From a virus (Duplodnaviria > Heunggongvirae > Uroviricota > Caudoviricetes): a stretch of DNA of 64,000 nucleotides. Made by a program: the position numbers and the translations under genes. Location of the stretch: IMG/VR virus record IMGVR_UViG_3300048593_000385, one strand, 5' to 3'. How positions within the stretch are numbered: position 1 is the first letter of the stretch; each line of letters begins with the position of its first letter. Shown piece by piece: positions 1 through 9,722 of the stretch. The notes beneath the pieces were generated by a model. It did not search any database, was not told the DNA's origin, and saw nothing but the letters and a program-made list of their open reading frames with translations.

Positions 1-1640
1 GGACCAGATTTGCCTTGGACAATTTGGTTCTTTGTTTCATTTGGCGCTTGTCCTTGATCATCAGGAGCTGCACCAGATTGTGGTTGGTTAGGATCACCTT
101 GACCTTGATCATCAGCGCCCATTGGTGGCAGAGGCATCGGAGTGCCATCAGGCATCAATCCTTGCGCTGCCATTTTCTTTGCATCTTCATCCATTTGTTT
201 TTGCATGTCTTTAATGTCTTCATCCGACTGATAAAGAACATGGCGCTTGACATATTCTTGTGAGTAGAACATACCAAGGAATGGTTGCATCTGCTGTAGA
301 ACTGAAAGACGATTCATCAGAATCTCGCTGTCTTTCATTTCAGAGAAATAGTTATCTCTTGCATAATCAAAAAGAAGTTTATCTTTAATTTCATCCCAGT
401 CAGACTGAGCAAAAACTTTCTTGAGGATCAGTTGTTTTTCTAATGCGCTCAAAAGAATGTTAGAGAAACGAAGTCTTAGGCGATCGATAAACTTCTGGAA
501 TGATAGTTCGTCGCGAGTAATTTCTGACGAACGTCCCATAGTAAATCCAGATGTTTCTGGATTGATTCTTGATACAGGAACATTGAGTGAGCGATATAGC
601 TTCTTCTCGAAATATTCAACATCGTCTAGTTTGCCTAGATTCTGACCAGCAGGAAGTGTTGTAATTTCTGTGCCATTCTGCCCTTCACGACGAGGAAGCC
701 AGTAGTCTTCCAGCATGGTCATGAATTTGCGGTCATCTCTAACGTCGCCAGTGGTTGCATCGTAGATAAGACGATTCTTATGTTTTGCCATCATATCACG
801 CATGTGCTGCTCTGCCTTCATCTTAGGCATTTGACCGACATCGATATAGAATACTCGACGCTCGGGAGCGCGAGAGATACGATAGATAACCGTGGCATCT
901 TCAAGAATACGCAGCTGGTTAAGTGGTTTGATTGCTTTGTGGAGATATGACAAAACGAGTTTACCGTCTTTGTCCATCAATCCAGAAGTGCAATGTAGAA
1001 TAGCGTCTGGGTTAATTCTCAACCCCTGATTGTCCATACCTGTGGATCCAGTAGCTTTGAATCCTTTTTCATTATAGACATAAAATTCGGCAGCATTCTT
1101 ATTGACGAACACCTTGCCTTTACGTTCTCTGGTAAGCAGACGAACTTTGCGGATCTTACGAGGATCGACATAACGCAGCTCTTGAATGCCACGTTCTGGA
1201 TCATTCTCGTCAATCATAATGTGGTAGTAAAGTCTACCGTCAACATACCAGCGACGGAAGATTTCATATCCAAAATTGTTGAAGTTGAGTAGACGAGTGA
1301 TAGTGTCAAACTCATCCTGAATAATTTTCTTTAGTTTGTCTGATAGTTCTGGGATATCATCGAGGTCGAGGGTGACGATTTGCTCATCACCCTCTTTAAC
1401 GATTGCTTCGTTTGTAACCTCATCGATAGCCTTTTCGCATTCTGGCTGAAGAGCCATTTCGCGATATTTGACAACCAGTTCTGCCTCTGTTTTGGCAGAA
1501 CCTTCCATGTCCAAATATGTGCCGTAGGTGCCACCTGCAGTAACGACCATTGCGCCATCATCAGTCTCTTTGGGAGCAAAGGAAACTAAATCTAACTGGT
1601 CTTTTTTTCTACTTATCTCAAATCCGAATAATTCAGCCAT
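1..1640 (-). CDS. gp20: Portal vertex protein (T4 gp20-like), 3' end truncated by window edge
   Basis: Not in the ORF track. I translated it by hand from the ATG at 1640: MAELFGFEISRKK...YREMALQPECEKAIDE...FRRWYVDGRLYYH...LRILEDATVIYRISRAPERRVFYIDVGQMPK...LEDYWLPRREG...TEITTLPAGQNLG. The frame is still open at position 1. It follows gp19 as in T4. Confidence 0.97.
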   Translation of the reverse strand, partial: MAELFGFEISRKKDQLDLVSFAPKETDDGAMVVTAGGTYGTYLDMEGSAKTEAELVVKYREMALQPECEKAIDEVTNEAIVKEGDEQIVTLDLDDIPELSDKLKKIIQDEFDTITRLLNFNNFGYEIFRRWYVDGRLYYHIMIDENDPERGIQELRYVDPRKIRKVRLLTRERKGKVFVNKNAAEFYVYNEKGFKATGSTGMDNQGLRINPDAILHCTSGLMDKDGKLVLSYLHKAIKPLNQLRILEDATVIYRISRAPERRVFYIDVGQMPKMKAEQHMRDMMAKHKNRLIYDATTGDVRDDRKFMTMLEDYWLPRREGQNGTEITTLPAGQNLGKLDDVEYFEKKLYRSLNVPVSRINPETSGFTMGRSSEITRDELSFQKFIDRLRLRFSNILLSALEKQLILKKVFAQSDWDEIKDKLLFDYARDNYFSEMKDSEILMNRLSVLQQMQPFLGMFYSQEYVKRHVLYQSDEDIKDMQKQMDEDAKKMAAQGLMPDGTPMPLPPMGADDQGQGDPNQPQSGAAPDDQGQAPNETKNQIVQGKSG

Positions 1641-1670
1641 GTGGCACCCCTTGGTATTGTAATCATAATC

Positions 1671-1678
1671 TATTTATG
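1671..1678 (-). promoter_or_regulatory. T4-type late promoter variant (CATAAATA)
   Basis: One mismatch to TATAAATA, 30 nt upstream of the portal ATG. Confidence 0.65.
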
Positions 1679-1684
1679 CGGTTA

Positions 1685-2221
1685 TTAAATGCCGCCAGCA
1701 TTACCAGTAGTACCAGCTTCAATGTCCCAGTAGTCGTATGTGAAGGTAACATTGAAACGCTCGAACTGATTGGTGTCTGACCAGTCAAGACGAATAGGAT
1801 CGATTCTTGATGGATAGATACCATTGAAACGATAAACGCGAAGCAGAGTTCCGTCCTTAGCCAACTGACCAACACGAGCTGTTGACTTGTATTGTGTAGT
1901 TGTTCTTAGGTTCTCTACCTTCATGTTGATTGCATCTGACCATGCTTCAAGAGCATTACGAACAGCGAAATCTTCATCGTTCATGATTGTAACAGTCCAA
2001 GGATCGTAAGTACGATCGCCAGCAAAGTTAATTACACGACCAAAATATGGAACAGGGATATTCCCGAGGTTTGACTCGGGAATATTTGTTGTGCTTGCTA
2101 GGAATTGAATTGTGCTATCAGCAGCAGAATCTACAGGATTGAAGATGTCAACGCTGAATAGCGTAGGACGAGCACCTTCAAACTGGAAATTCGCTCTTAC
2201 TTCGTTAATATTGAAAGCCAT
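1685..2221 (-). CDS. gp19: Tail tube protein (T4 gp19-like)
   Basis: GARPTLF...PYFGRVINFAGDRTYDPWTVTIMNDEDFAVRNALEAWSDAIN motifs; synteny. Confidence 0.96.
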   Translation of the reverse strand: MAFNINEVRANFQFEGARPTLFSVDIFNPVDSAADSTIQFLASTTNIPESNLGNIPVPYFGRVINFAGDRTYDPWTVTIMNDEDFAVRNALEAWSDAINMKVENLRTTTQYKSTARVGQLAKDGTLLRVYRFNGIYPSRIDPIRLDWSDTNQFERFNVTFTYDYWDIEAGTTGNAGGI

Positions 2222-2236
2222 TTTTTATTGCTCCTC

Positions 2237-4333
2237 TTAGAACTGACCGACGATGGTATTGAAGTCAACACCAGTACGAACAGCAACGAAGTTCAACTGG
2301 ATAAAGTTGATGCTCTTTGCTGGCTTGATGTAGATATCGCCAACGAACTGATTCGAGTCAATGACCTGACCAGTATTGTTTGTTTCGTCACAAACAACAC
2401 GGAAGTCATAGATACCACGACGACCCTGAACCTGTCTCAAGAATGGCTCAACCAGATTCTTGAATTGGGCACGAGTGAAGGAATCATTGAATTCAAACAG
2501 GCTCGAGCGCGAGGCGTTTTCAATAGCCTTTTCGAGAGTGATGAATAGACGACGAACATTGATACGATCAAACGCTGATGGCTTGCCAAGCAGAGTCTTA
2601 TCACCATAAAGAACTGTGCCTTGTCCTGGGAATTGAACCACAGGGTTAACGTCATTCTTGTAGAGAAGATCGCGCTGAGCTTGGTTAGGGTTAAACTGCA
2701 GCTTAACAACGTTCTTGATCTGACCACGGTTGAAACCAGCTGGCGAATACCAAGAATCGCGAGTTTGGTCTGTCAGAGCGCAGAGACCAGCAATGTCACC
2801 ATTCAGAGGAACCCAACGATACAGATCGTTATACTTGTCGTACTGATACTTGTAACCAGTGTCCATTACAGCGTATGAGCTGTTGTAATTCAGACCAGAA
2901 ATACCACCTGTGCTTCCACGGAAGTCAACGGCATACTGAACAGGATCACGTGTCTGGGCGCTAGTAACGATGCTAAGATCTGGAGAGACAAAAGCAACGC
3001 AGTCCTTACGATGTTCGGCGATATTTGCGATGATATAGTTGCCTAGACCACCAGGAGTTGTGCCGATTGCTTTTCCTTGCATAACCAGCGAAAGATCAAC
3101 ATCAGCCTTGTCAGCGAACAGGTCATATGCCAGCGCAACTGGACCAAGAGTGATTGCGCTTTCAGCAGCACCATCAGTACCAAGGTTAAACGTAGCAGAA
3201 TACGGAGTTGTATTCGAAGCTGCTGACAATGTAGAAGCCAGACCAACAGGAGATGTCGAACGAGCAGTACCTGCATAAACATATGCAGATTGTGTATCGA
3301 TAACATTCTTGTAGTAATTCGAAGCACCCGAAGTTGTTTTGGCATCAGTTGCACGGGACAGGTTCGACCAAACTTCAAGAATTGAATTCTGAGTTCCGCT
3401 AAACTTACCGCCAGCATCAGAAACAACGATATGAAGCTCGTCTCTAGTTGTCAGACCTTGGCTTGTCATGAACGTAGAAGTTCCTGGAGCCTTATCCACA
3501 GCATTGTAGAATTCCCAATAACGCTCAGCGCCAACAGTTGTATTTGATGTGACCTGAACAGTTCCGCTTAGAGCGAATTTGGCGTCAACGTTAACTGTCA
3601 TAACTGACTGGTAGGTGAATGATGCAACGTTAACAGTTGCGTTAGCATTTCCTTCGACGCCAGCAGTATCTTTTGCAGTAACCTTCAAGAATTGATAACC
3701 AACAGTTGCGTTACCAGCCTTGATGTAATCACCGACAGCAATCTGATTGAGAACACCGTTGGCTGCAGCATTAGCCGAACCAGCAGCGCTCGAACCACCC
3801 CAAACCGAAATCTGGTTCGATCCTGGTGTGTAGTTGAGGATGACACCGCAAGCAGCATTTGCAGCAACAAGAACTGAGCTATATGCATTTGTGCTGTCGC
3901 AAACCGAAACCTTCAGAGAGTTTCCGAGAGTTCCTGGGAACTTTGCGATATATGTAGCGTTTGCATATGCCGCAGCGTTTGCAACGAAATTGTCACGCCA
4001 ATCGTCAGCGTTATCGATTTGCGGAGCTGTCATTGCTGCAGTGTTTGCAACAGCGTTTAGAGCTGTGGCATCATATGCACGGACAACATAGAGTGCGTTG
4101 CCGTAAGCCAAGAAGTTGGCTGCAGTGAAAAATGTCTCAAAGTTATTTGCAGTTGGTTTACCAAACTTCTGCACTAGGGTATTTTCGGAATCGATCAACG
4201 TTCTTTGATATCCTGGCCCCCACTGAAACACACCAGCGACAGCGCCGACTGATGTTGAAACTGCTGGGATAACCGTGGTTGTATCAAATTCGCTGACATT
4301 AATTCCTGGACTTACTTGAATTGCCATGCTCAT
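2237..4333 (-). CDS. gp18: Tail sheath protein (T4 gp18-like)
   Basis: N-terminal SPGINVSEFD; C-terminal WYSPAGFNRG, FDRINVRRLF, YIKPAKSINFIQLNFVA. Confidence 0.97.
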   Translation of the reverse strand: MSMAIQVSPGINVSEFDTTTVIPAVSTSVGAVAGVFQWGPGYQRTLIDSENTLVQKFGKPTANNFETFFTAANFLAYGNALYVVRAYDATALNAVANTAAMTAPQIDNADDWRDNFVANAAAYANATYIAKFPGTLGNSLKVSVCDSTNAYSSVLVAANAACGVILNYTPGSNQISVWGGSSAAGSANAAANGVLNQIAVGDYIKAGNATVGYQFLKVTAKDTAGVEGNANATVNVASFTYQSVMTVNVDAKFALSGTVQVTSNTTVGAERYWEFYNAVDKAPGTSTFMTSQGLTTRDELHIVVSDAGGKFSGTQNSILEVWSNLSRATDAKTTSGASNYYKNVIDTQSAYVYAGTARSTSPVGLASTLSAASNTTPYSATFNLGTDGAAESAITLGPVALAYDLFADKADVDLSLVMQGKAIGTTPGGLGNYIIANIAEHRKDCVAFVSPDLSIVTSAQTRDPVQYAVDFRGSTGGISGLNYNSSYAVMDTGYKYQYDKYNDLYRWVPLNGDIAGLCALTDQTRDSWYSPAGFNRGQIKNVVKLQFNPNQAQRDLLYKNDVNPVVQFPGQGTVLYGDKTLLGKPSAFDRINVRRLFITLEKAIENASRSSLFEFNDSFTRAQFKNLVEPFLRQVQGRRGIYDFRVVCDETNNTGQVIDSNQFVGDIYIKPAKSINFIQLNFVAVRTGVDFNTIVGQF

Positions 4334-4370
4334 GCTCCTTTTAGGTTGAAAGGCGATTTTTTATCTCTAT

Positions 4371-4378
4371 TATTTATA
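4371..4378 (-). promoter_or_regulatory. T4-type late promoter TATAAATA
   Basis: Exact consensus upstream of gp18. Confidence 0.85.
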
Positions 4379-4381
4379 AAA

Positions 4382-6067
4382 CTACCAATTTAGAGGAAGC
4401 ATATTATCGCTCATAGGTCTGTGATCATCAGGATCGTACCATTTTGGGTGGATATCTAAACTGTCAAATTCATTAGGAGAAACTGTTTCTTCCTCATATA
4501 TGCTGTTGACATCAAAATATCCAAACGGCGCAATAGAATCTTCGATTATCTCTCTATTCTCAGCCCATAAATCGGCACGAACATCAGTATCAGTTTTGTT
4601 TCTAAAATACTGCTGATGTGCCAACCAAGCAAACAGAACGCAACACATAACAATATCGTCATGCTCACCTTCTTCTGCCTCATAAGAAGCCTTATTTTCT
4701 ATGAACCTAAACAGCTCATAGATAAAATCGTAGTCATGAAACAACAGCTTATCTTGTTCGATAAGGGTTTTGAGGTTAGCGCATCCAATGCGTTTCACCT
4801 GTTTTGTTGTTTTCACACCACGAGTCGGCTTTACTTTGTATCCACCGCCAACTTTGATTCCTGCTCTACCTCTAGTTTGCGTCAATAAGACGCCATCATA
4901 TTCTAAGTCGTAGAACAAAATATCAGCGATTTGCTGTCCATTATCATTTACTTCCACTAGTATCATTGCATCATTATAGTATTTCCCTGCTCGCCAAATA
5001 ATATTTGGGTAGAGCAGCGGAGAAATTTCGTTATCTCGATATTTAGCTACGAATTTATATGGTACTTGAGTGACATCAAATACCACAAAAACTGAATAGT
5101 CTATTCCAACACCCCGAGAGGTATCTACCGTAATAACATATTTATGATTTTCAATCGGTTCGAAATATATATCCATATTCTCATGGCTTTGTATTGGTCG
5201 CTTCCAAACCAGCTGCTTTAGCTTTCTTGCATCGATCAATGTATTGCTTGAACCAAGAAACTCGCATTCAAATTCTTGCTCGAACTGCCTTTCGGAAGTG
5301 TTCGAGATTGTTTCTTTTTTCCATTCTTCGTCGCGTCCTGGGATTTCTGACCAGTGAACGCTAACTCTTTTGTATGTGTTGCGACCTTCTTCGGAGTCTG
5401 CCCAAATCTTATAGAACATATTCATGCCGTTTGGCGTAGAGGTGATCAGCACCTTTGATGTTTTACCAGAAGAAATAGTAGGATAAACTGAGTTGAAGAA
5501 TTCTTCTTGTAGGTTTGACGGCACGAAAGCAAATTCGTCTAGATAGACTAGATTCTGAGAAGTACCACGAATCGCCGAGCTTGAGGTGGCAGAAGCAAGA
5601 ATCTTAGATCCATTTTCTAATTCAATATCGCCCTTGTTCCATGTGACGATGCCTTGCTGCAGCCATTTCGGCAGATGTTCATACATACCCTGAATACGGC
5701 CAAGGATTTCTTTAGCCTGTCTGTCTTTGTTGGCCAGAATAGCGATAGAGAAGTTTTCGTGAAACAGAACATACCAGAGCAACAGAGCTGCAACCGTCTG
5801 TGTCTTACCAACCTGACGAGGCATTTTACAGATGACGAAACGATCGTCAACCATTTTTTGGATCATCTCTTCTTGGAAGGTCCAGAGATTAAACGGTATT
5901 AGACCTTGGTCAACGTTAACGATCTTACAATATGTTTTGATGAAATAAATTGGATCTTGGGCGCATTTGATGTAGTCTTGGATATTGTCTTCTGTCCAAG
6001 GAACTTTTACATTAACAGGCTTTAATTTTCTATTGCCAAGATAGGTGGTATTCTCAGCTACCTTCAT
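4382..6067 (-). CDS. gp17: Terminase large subunit (T4 gp17-like)
   Basis: Walker A MPRQVGKT, Walker B LVYLDEFAF, TSTPNG motif, nuclease motifs VDTSRG and HDDIVM. Confidence 0.97.
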   Translation of the reverse strand: MKVAENTTYLGNRKLKPVNVKVPWTEDNIQDYIKCAQDPIYFIKTYCKIVNVDQGLIPFNLWTFQEEMIQKMVDDRFVICKMPRQVGKTQTVAALLLWYVLFHENFSIAILANKDRQAKEILGRIQGMYEHLPKWLQQGIVTWNKGDIELENGSKILASATSSSAIRGTSQNLVYLDEFAFVPSNLQEEFFNSVYPTISSGKTSKVLITSTPNGMNMFYKIWADSEEGRNTYKRVSVHWSEIPGRDEEWKKETISNTSERQFEQEFECEFLGSSNTLIDARKLKQLVWKRPIQSHENMDIYFEPIENHKYVITVDTSRGVGIDYSVFVVFDVTQVPYKFVAKYRDNEISPLLYPNIIWRAGKYYNDAMILVEVNDNGQQIADILFYDLEYDGVLLTQTRGRAGIKVGGGYKVKPTRGVKTTKQVKRIGCANLKTLIEQDKLLFHDYDFIYELFRFIENKASYEAEEGEHDDIVMCCVLFAWLAHQQYFRNKTDTDVRADLWAENREIIEDSIAPFGYFDVNSIYEEETVSPNEFDSLDIHPKWYDPDDHRPMSDNMLPLNW

Positions 6068-6467
6068 TTTGACCCTTAATCATTTTCAATAAATCATTTG
6101 TCGAAATAACAAGATTGTTGTTGATAGTTTGTTTCTCTTGTGGCTTTTCGATCAGAGTCTTTTTCTTCTGATGAATGTCAATTAAGTCCTTGCTGGTGTC
6201 GCGAATTGTGTCGACTAGCTTGGCCACAACTTCAAATGCTCTTGGGTGTTGAGAACCTTTGGCTATTTGGCATAAATCTTCTAACGCACCTTGGCTAGTT
6301 TCAAGAGCCGTCATGATCGCATCGCGAGCAACATCAAAGTCGCCTTCGGCTTGCTCCCATTGAGTTTCTGGTTCATTTATTTCAACAAGATCACTTTTTT
6401 GCTTGACTTCTAAAGGCATCGGAGGTAAGTTAAGTAACTGTCCGATTTTATCTTCCTTTTTATCCAT
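6054..6467 (-). CDS. gp16: Terminase small subunit (T4 gp16-like)
   Basis: SQHPRAFEVVAKL motif, C-terminal NNNLVISTNDLLKMIK, overlaps the gp17 start. Confidence 0.92.
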   Translation of the reverse strand: MDKKEDKIGQLLNLPPMPLEVKQKSDLVEINEPETQWEQAEGDFDVARDAIMTALETSQGALEDLCQIAKGSQHPRAFEVVAKLVDTIRDTSKDLIDIHQKKKTLIEKPQEKQTINNNLVISTNDLLKMIKGQNEGS

Positions 6468-7293
6468 TATTAAAATCCTCAGTAAAATCCACTATGAATC
6501 CATAATCATCAGTAGATTTAATTTGTGATGTGGGAATAGAGTTGGAGGCATTGGAAGTTGGCTCTCCGTTCGCAGTAAGTCCTGGTTTGGTATTAGTAAT
6601 AGTTACTGGGTCGCCTGTTCCTATACCTTCAGCAGCTGTATTTGTGTTCGGTATAAATTTGTTGACGATGACTTCCTTAATCTGGCTTTGACGACGAACT
6701 GGGCCATAGAGTTGACCTTTGAGAACAAAAGTCATTTCCCAGATTACCCACTCTTTGTCTTCAAAGTTGCTGGCATAAGTGTCAACAGTGCTTACGTTCT
6801 TGATGATGATTGGAACATCAATATTTACATCCATCTCAGGAATCAGAGCCAATGTTTCTGTCCACTGTGGTGTGAAATATGGAACAATCTGCTCCACAAT
6901 ACGAACAGCGTCTTCTGTATTTCTAGAGATGATCGACAGGGTTATGTCAAAGTTGTAAGCCACAGGATTGTATTGTGTTGCAAGAACATTTCCGTTTGAT
7001 GTGACGGAAGGGATTCTGCCAATGCTGTTCAGTTTTCTGTCTGGATCATAACTTACGCCTGTAATCTCAAACGACATTCTAGGAAACACCATTGAAACTT
7101 CGCGCAGCAGATCAGGATTTTGTTGATACCGAGTAAGGTATCTTTCTTTCGGTCCATATTGCAGCGGAACCTTGATTGTTCTTTGTGATACACCATTGGC
7201 GTCTACACGATCAATATAGATGTCATTGAACAGCGACCCAAACAGAACCACATATTTGCGAATAAGACCGTGGTAGAAATGCGAGCCTAACAT
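6460..7293 (-). CDS. gp15: Tail sheath stabiliser / tail terminator (T4 gp15-like)
   Basis: FYHGLIRKYVVLFGSLFNDI, KVPLQYGPKE, FPRMSFEI, QIVPYFTP. Confidence 0.94.
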   Translation of the reverse strand: MLGSHFYHGLIRKYVVLFGSLFNDIYIDRVDANGVSQRTIKVPLQYGPKERYLTRYQQNPDLLREVSMVFPRMSFEITGVSYDPDRKLNSIGRIPSVTSNGNVLATQYNPVAYNFDITLSIISRNTEDAVRIVEQIVPYFTPQWTETLALIPEMDVNIDVPIIIKNVSTVDTYASNFEDKEWVIWEMTFVLKGQLYGPVRRQSQIKEVIVNKFIPNTNTAAEGIGTGDPVTITNTKPGLTANGEPTSNASNSIPTSQIKSTDDYGFIVDFTEDFNNG

Positions 7294-8015
7294 TAGATAA
7301 TTTCTCCAAACGGATTCTTCTTAGAGAAGTCAATAAACGCACGACCCTCTGAGCTAAACAGACTGTTCTGAGTTGATGGATCAATTACGTCTGTATCGAA
7401 TTGACCTTCTGTCAGACCCGAACCGTCCCCAGCAAGTAGAGCATTTCCGTCTTGATCAGTGAAGAAGAATTCGTCAACTGCTGTGCTAAACTTGCTTCCG
7501 ATATTATCAATGGCAGCAACCCCAGTTTCGATTTTCTCGTTACTGATATTGACACGTTCAGCTTTAATATCGTAGTATGTCAACATCCCTGTTTGGTAGA
7601 AGTTGGATTCGTGCTCAACAAACTTGACCTCAAACAAAGCATTTGTCAAAGGTAGATAAATAAAGTCGCCCTCGAGTGGGCGGATGAGGCTTGGCTGGAA
7701 GTTGGTAAATTCGTCAGCCCAACGATTGCGCATCATGCTGAAAGTAATTTGGTCAGCCATACTGATACCAAACTTCTGCATAAGATCGCCTTCACCCTGC
7801 CAACCAGTAAAGGTCTTGATGTAGACTTCGATGGCAGTTGCTTGGTTGAATTCTGACAGAGTATCTTCGTTCCACAACCTGTCGATATTGACGTGAGAAC
7901 GAGGCATATAATATACGTCGATACCGTAACGTTGAATCATCTCCGTGCCTAAATCAGCAAGAAGTTGTTGCTCTCCGTAATTGGTAAAGTTATCAAAAAA
8001 TGTTGAAACAGCCAT
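7293..8015 (-). CDS. gp14: Neck protein (T4 gp14-like)
   Basis: EQQLLADL..EMIQRYGIDVYYMPR, RPLEGDFIYLP, FEVKFVEHE, C-terminal DFSKKNPFG. Confidence 0.94.
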   Translation of the reverse strand: MAVSTFFDNFTNYGEQQLLADLGTEMIQRYGIDVYYMPRSHVNIDRLWNEDTLSEFNQATAIEVYIKTFTGWQGEGDLMQKFGISMADQITFSMMRNRWADEFTNFQPSLIRPLEGDFIYLPLTNALFEVKFVEHESNFYQTGMLTYYDIKAERVNISNEKIETGVAAIDNIGSKFSTAVDEFFFTDQDGNALLAGDGSGLTEGQFDTDVIDPSTQNSLFSSEGRAFIDFSKKNPFGEII

Positions 8016-8018
8016 CAG

Positions 8019-8759
8019 TTATCCCATCATCATAGGAACAGGATAAGTAAATCCTGAAGTCATTGTTGCTTCCATCTTTTCAATTTCAGCGGTCGCATCA
8101 TCGTAAATCTTCTCGGCATTAAATCTTGCTCCGCCAGGAAGCGCAACGTCTTGGAATTTGGTGAGGTTGGTTCCCCACTGTTGTTTGATAAGTGCTGTTG
8201 CATATCTCTGTAGGAAACGGTCAGACCAAACTTTGGTGTACGTGTCGGGATCGACAATCTGATATGCTTCCACAAGAATATAAGTTCCGATAGGAGATTT
8301 ATCCCAGTCCATATCGATATACAGTCTATTTGATCTGCGGTTATAGCGAATTGGCTGTTGACCAACCAAAAGCTGCTCTAGGAGTTGAATGTGTTGCATA
8401 GCCATATAATATGGCACCATCGTAGTTGCAGTAAGATCGTAAAGATCGTTCAACGCAATCTGATAACGAATATTGAATAGGTTATTGGTTGACAAAGAAG
8501 AACCGATAGGGAAGATCGCAACAGCACCAATAATATTATCAGGTAGTGTGATGTATTTGTTGGCAGCTGCTTCGGGTGTGATCAATGCTTTGTAGTATTG
8601 CTTTTCGCTACCATCGAAATGATAGTCCCAGTAATACTGCAACGCATCGTCGATACGCTCTTGTAGTTGATCTTCGTCTACGTTAATCTGAGTAACAGGT
8701 GCACCGACTCTACGCAGGCAATATTGCTTGAATTGTTCTCTAGATGTTGGTAATGCCAC
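8019..8759 (-). CDS. gp13: Neck protein (T4 gp13-like)
   Basis: PTSREQFKQYCLRRVGAPVTQINVDEDQ, YATALIKQQWGTNLTKF..LPGG. Confidence 0.95.
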   Translation of the reverse strand: MALPTSREQFKQYCLRRVGAPVTQINVDEDQLQERIDDALQYYWDYHFDGSEKQYYKALITPEAAANKYITLPDNIIGAVAIFPIGSSLSTNNLFNIRYQIALNDLYDLTATTMVPYYMAMQHIQLLEQLLVGQQPIRYNRRSNRLYIDMDWDKSPIGTYILVEAYQIVDPDTYTKVWSDRFLQRYATALIKQQWGTNLTKFQDVALPGGARFNAEKIYDDATAEIEKMEATMTSGFTYPVPMMMG

Positions 8760-8783
8760 TGATAGCCTCCGTGTTTTTCTTTC

Positions 8784-8791
8784 TATTTATA
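8784..8791 (-). promoter_or_regulatory. T4-type late promoter TATAAATA
   Basis: Exact consensus upstream of gp13. Confidence 0.85.
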
Positions 8792-8794
8792 TAG

Positions 8795-8802
8795 AATAAA
8801 TA
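8795..8802 (+). promoter_or_regulatory. Late-promoter-like AATAAATA for the plus-strand trio
   Basis: One mismatch to consensus, back-to-back with the gp13 promoter, 27 nt upstream of ATG 8830. Confidence 0.5.
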
Positions 8803-8829
8803 CCATATGCAACAAGAGAAGGATATATT

Positions 8830-9417
8830 ATGAAAGAAGAAATTGATCACCTTAAAGAACATGGATATGTTCGGATAAAAAACTTCATGGCTCCAGACAT
8901 GATAGAGCTTTGTAAATCGTTCCTAGACTTATCTGTAGCATCTGGGCTCAGAAAACCAGAGACAAATCCATATTTGACGGGAGACATCGAACAGATTCTA
9001 CCGAATATCTTTGTCGATAGTATGTTATTGGCATACAAAAATCGAATAGAGTCTCTTTTTGACACTGAAATGATACCTTCATATATTTTCTTGAGAGAAT
9101 ATCTTAAGGGATCAGAACTGTTAATCCACAGAGATCGCCCTCAGTGTGAATTTTCTGCGACCATTTTAATCGACAAACAAGGCGAAGGAAACACAAGTTT
9201 ATTTTTCTGTGATGACGAAGAGGGAACCAATCCTGTTGAAGTTAATATGGAAGAAGGCGATGCCATTATATTTTCTGGCGCATCTGATTTTGATGGCAAA
9301 TGGCATTATAGACCAAAATTGAAACAGAAATCGATTGTAACTGCATTTCTGCATTATGTGTCTCCAGAAAATAAACCAAACAATATATTCCCTCGTCCAA
9401 TTTACAGGAGTAGATAA
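8830..9417 (+). CDS. 2OG-Fe(II) oxygenase-like protein
   Basis: HxD motif (LIHRDRPQCEFSAT), GDAIIFSG, distal His (WHYR), FLHYV; resembles the oxygenases common in aquatic T4-like phages. Confidence 0.8.
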   Translation: MKEEIDHLKEHGYVRIKNFMAPDMIELCKSFLDLSVASGLRKPETNPYLTGDIEQILPNIFVDSMLLAYKNRIESLFDTEMIPSYIFLREYLKGSELLIHRDRPQCEFSATILIDKQGEGNTSLFFCDDEEGTNPVEVNMEEGDAIIFSGASDFDGKWHYRPKLKQKSIVTAFLHYVSPENKPNNIFPRPIYRSR

Positions 9418-9722
9418 TGTCCACATACAAATCCGAATTCAAAGCTCAAATTCAGTGGGTAGATTTAGCAGACAATCGTATGGTTGTAGTGTATTCTGAT
9501 CCTCACGGTTATGAAGATATAACACAAACTATAAAATTCTATAAGACTGATACGATAGAAAAGATAAAAGAATCTATCATAAACACGACTCCGCACCAAA
9601 GATTCCATTTTCGTGCTGAAGCAGAAAAAAATAATGATGGAGACAATTCTCTGGAAATTTTAAAGCTGCTGAACACAGAAATGACATACAAACTGCCATC
9701 GTTTGATAATGAGGATATCTAA
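9417..9722 (+). CDS. Hypothetical protein, 101 aa
   Basis: TAATG-coupled to the genes on both sides. Confidence 0.75.
   Translation: MSTYKSEFKAQIQWVDLADNRMVVVYSDPHGYEDITQTIKFYKTDTIEKIKESIINTTPHQRFHFRAEAEKNNDGDNSLEILKLLNTEMTYKLPSFDNEDI

Noticed and set aside
1-6067. Introns, inteins or homing endonucleases in portal, sheath or terminase
   Set aside because: The genes are continuous and of ordinary length; no HNH, GIY-YIG or LAGLIDADG motifs seen.
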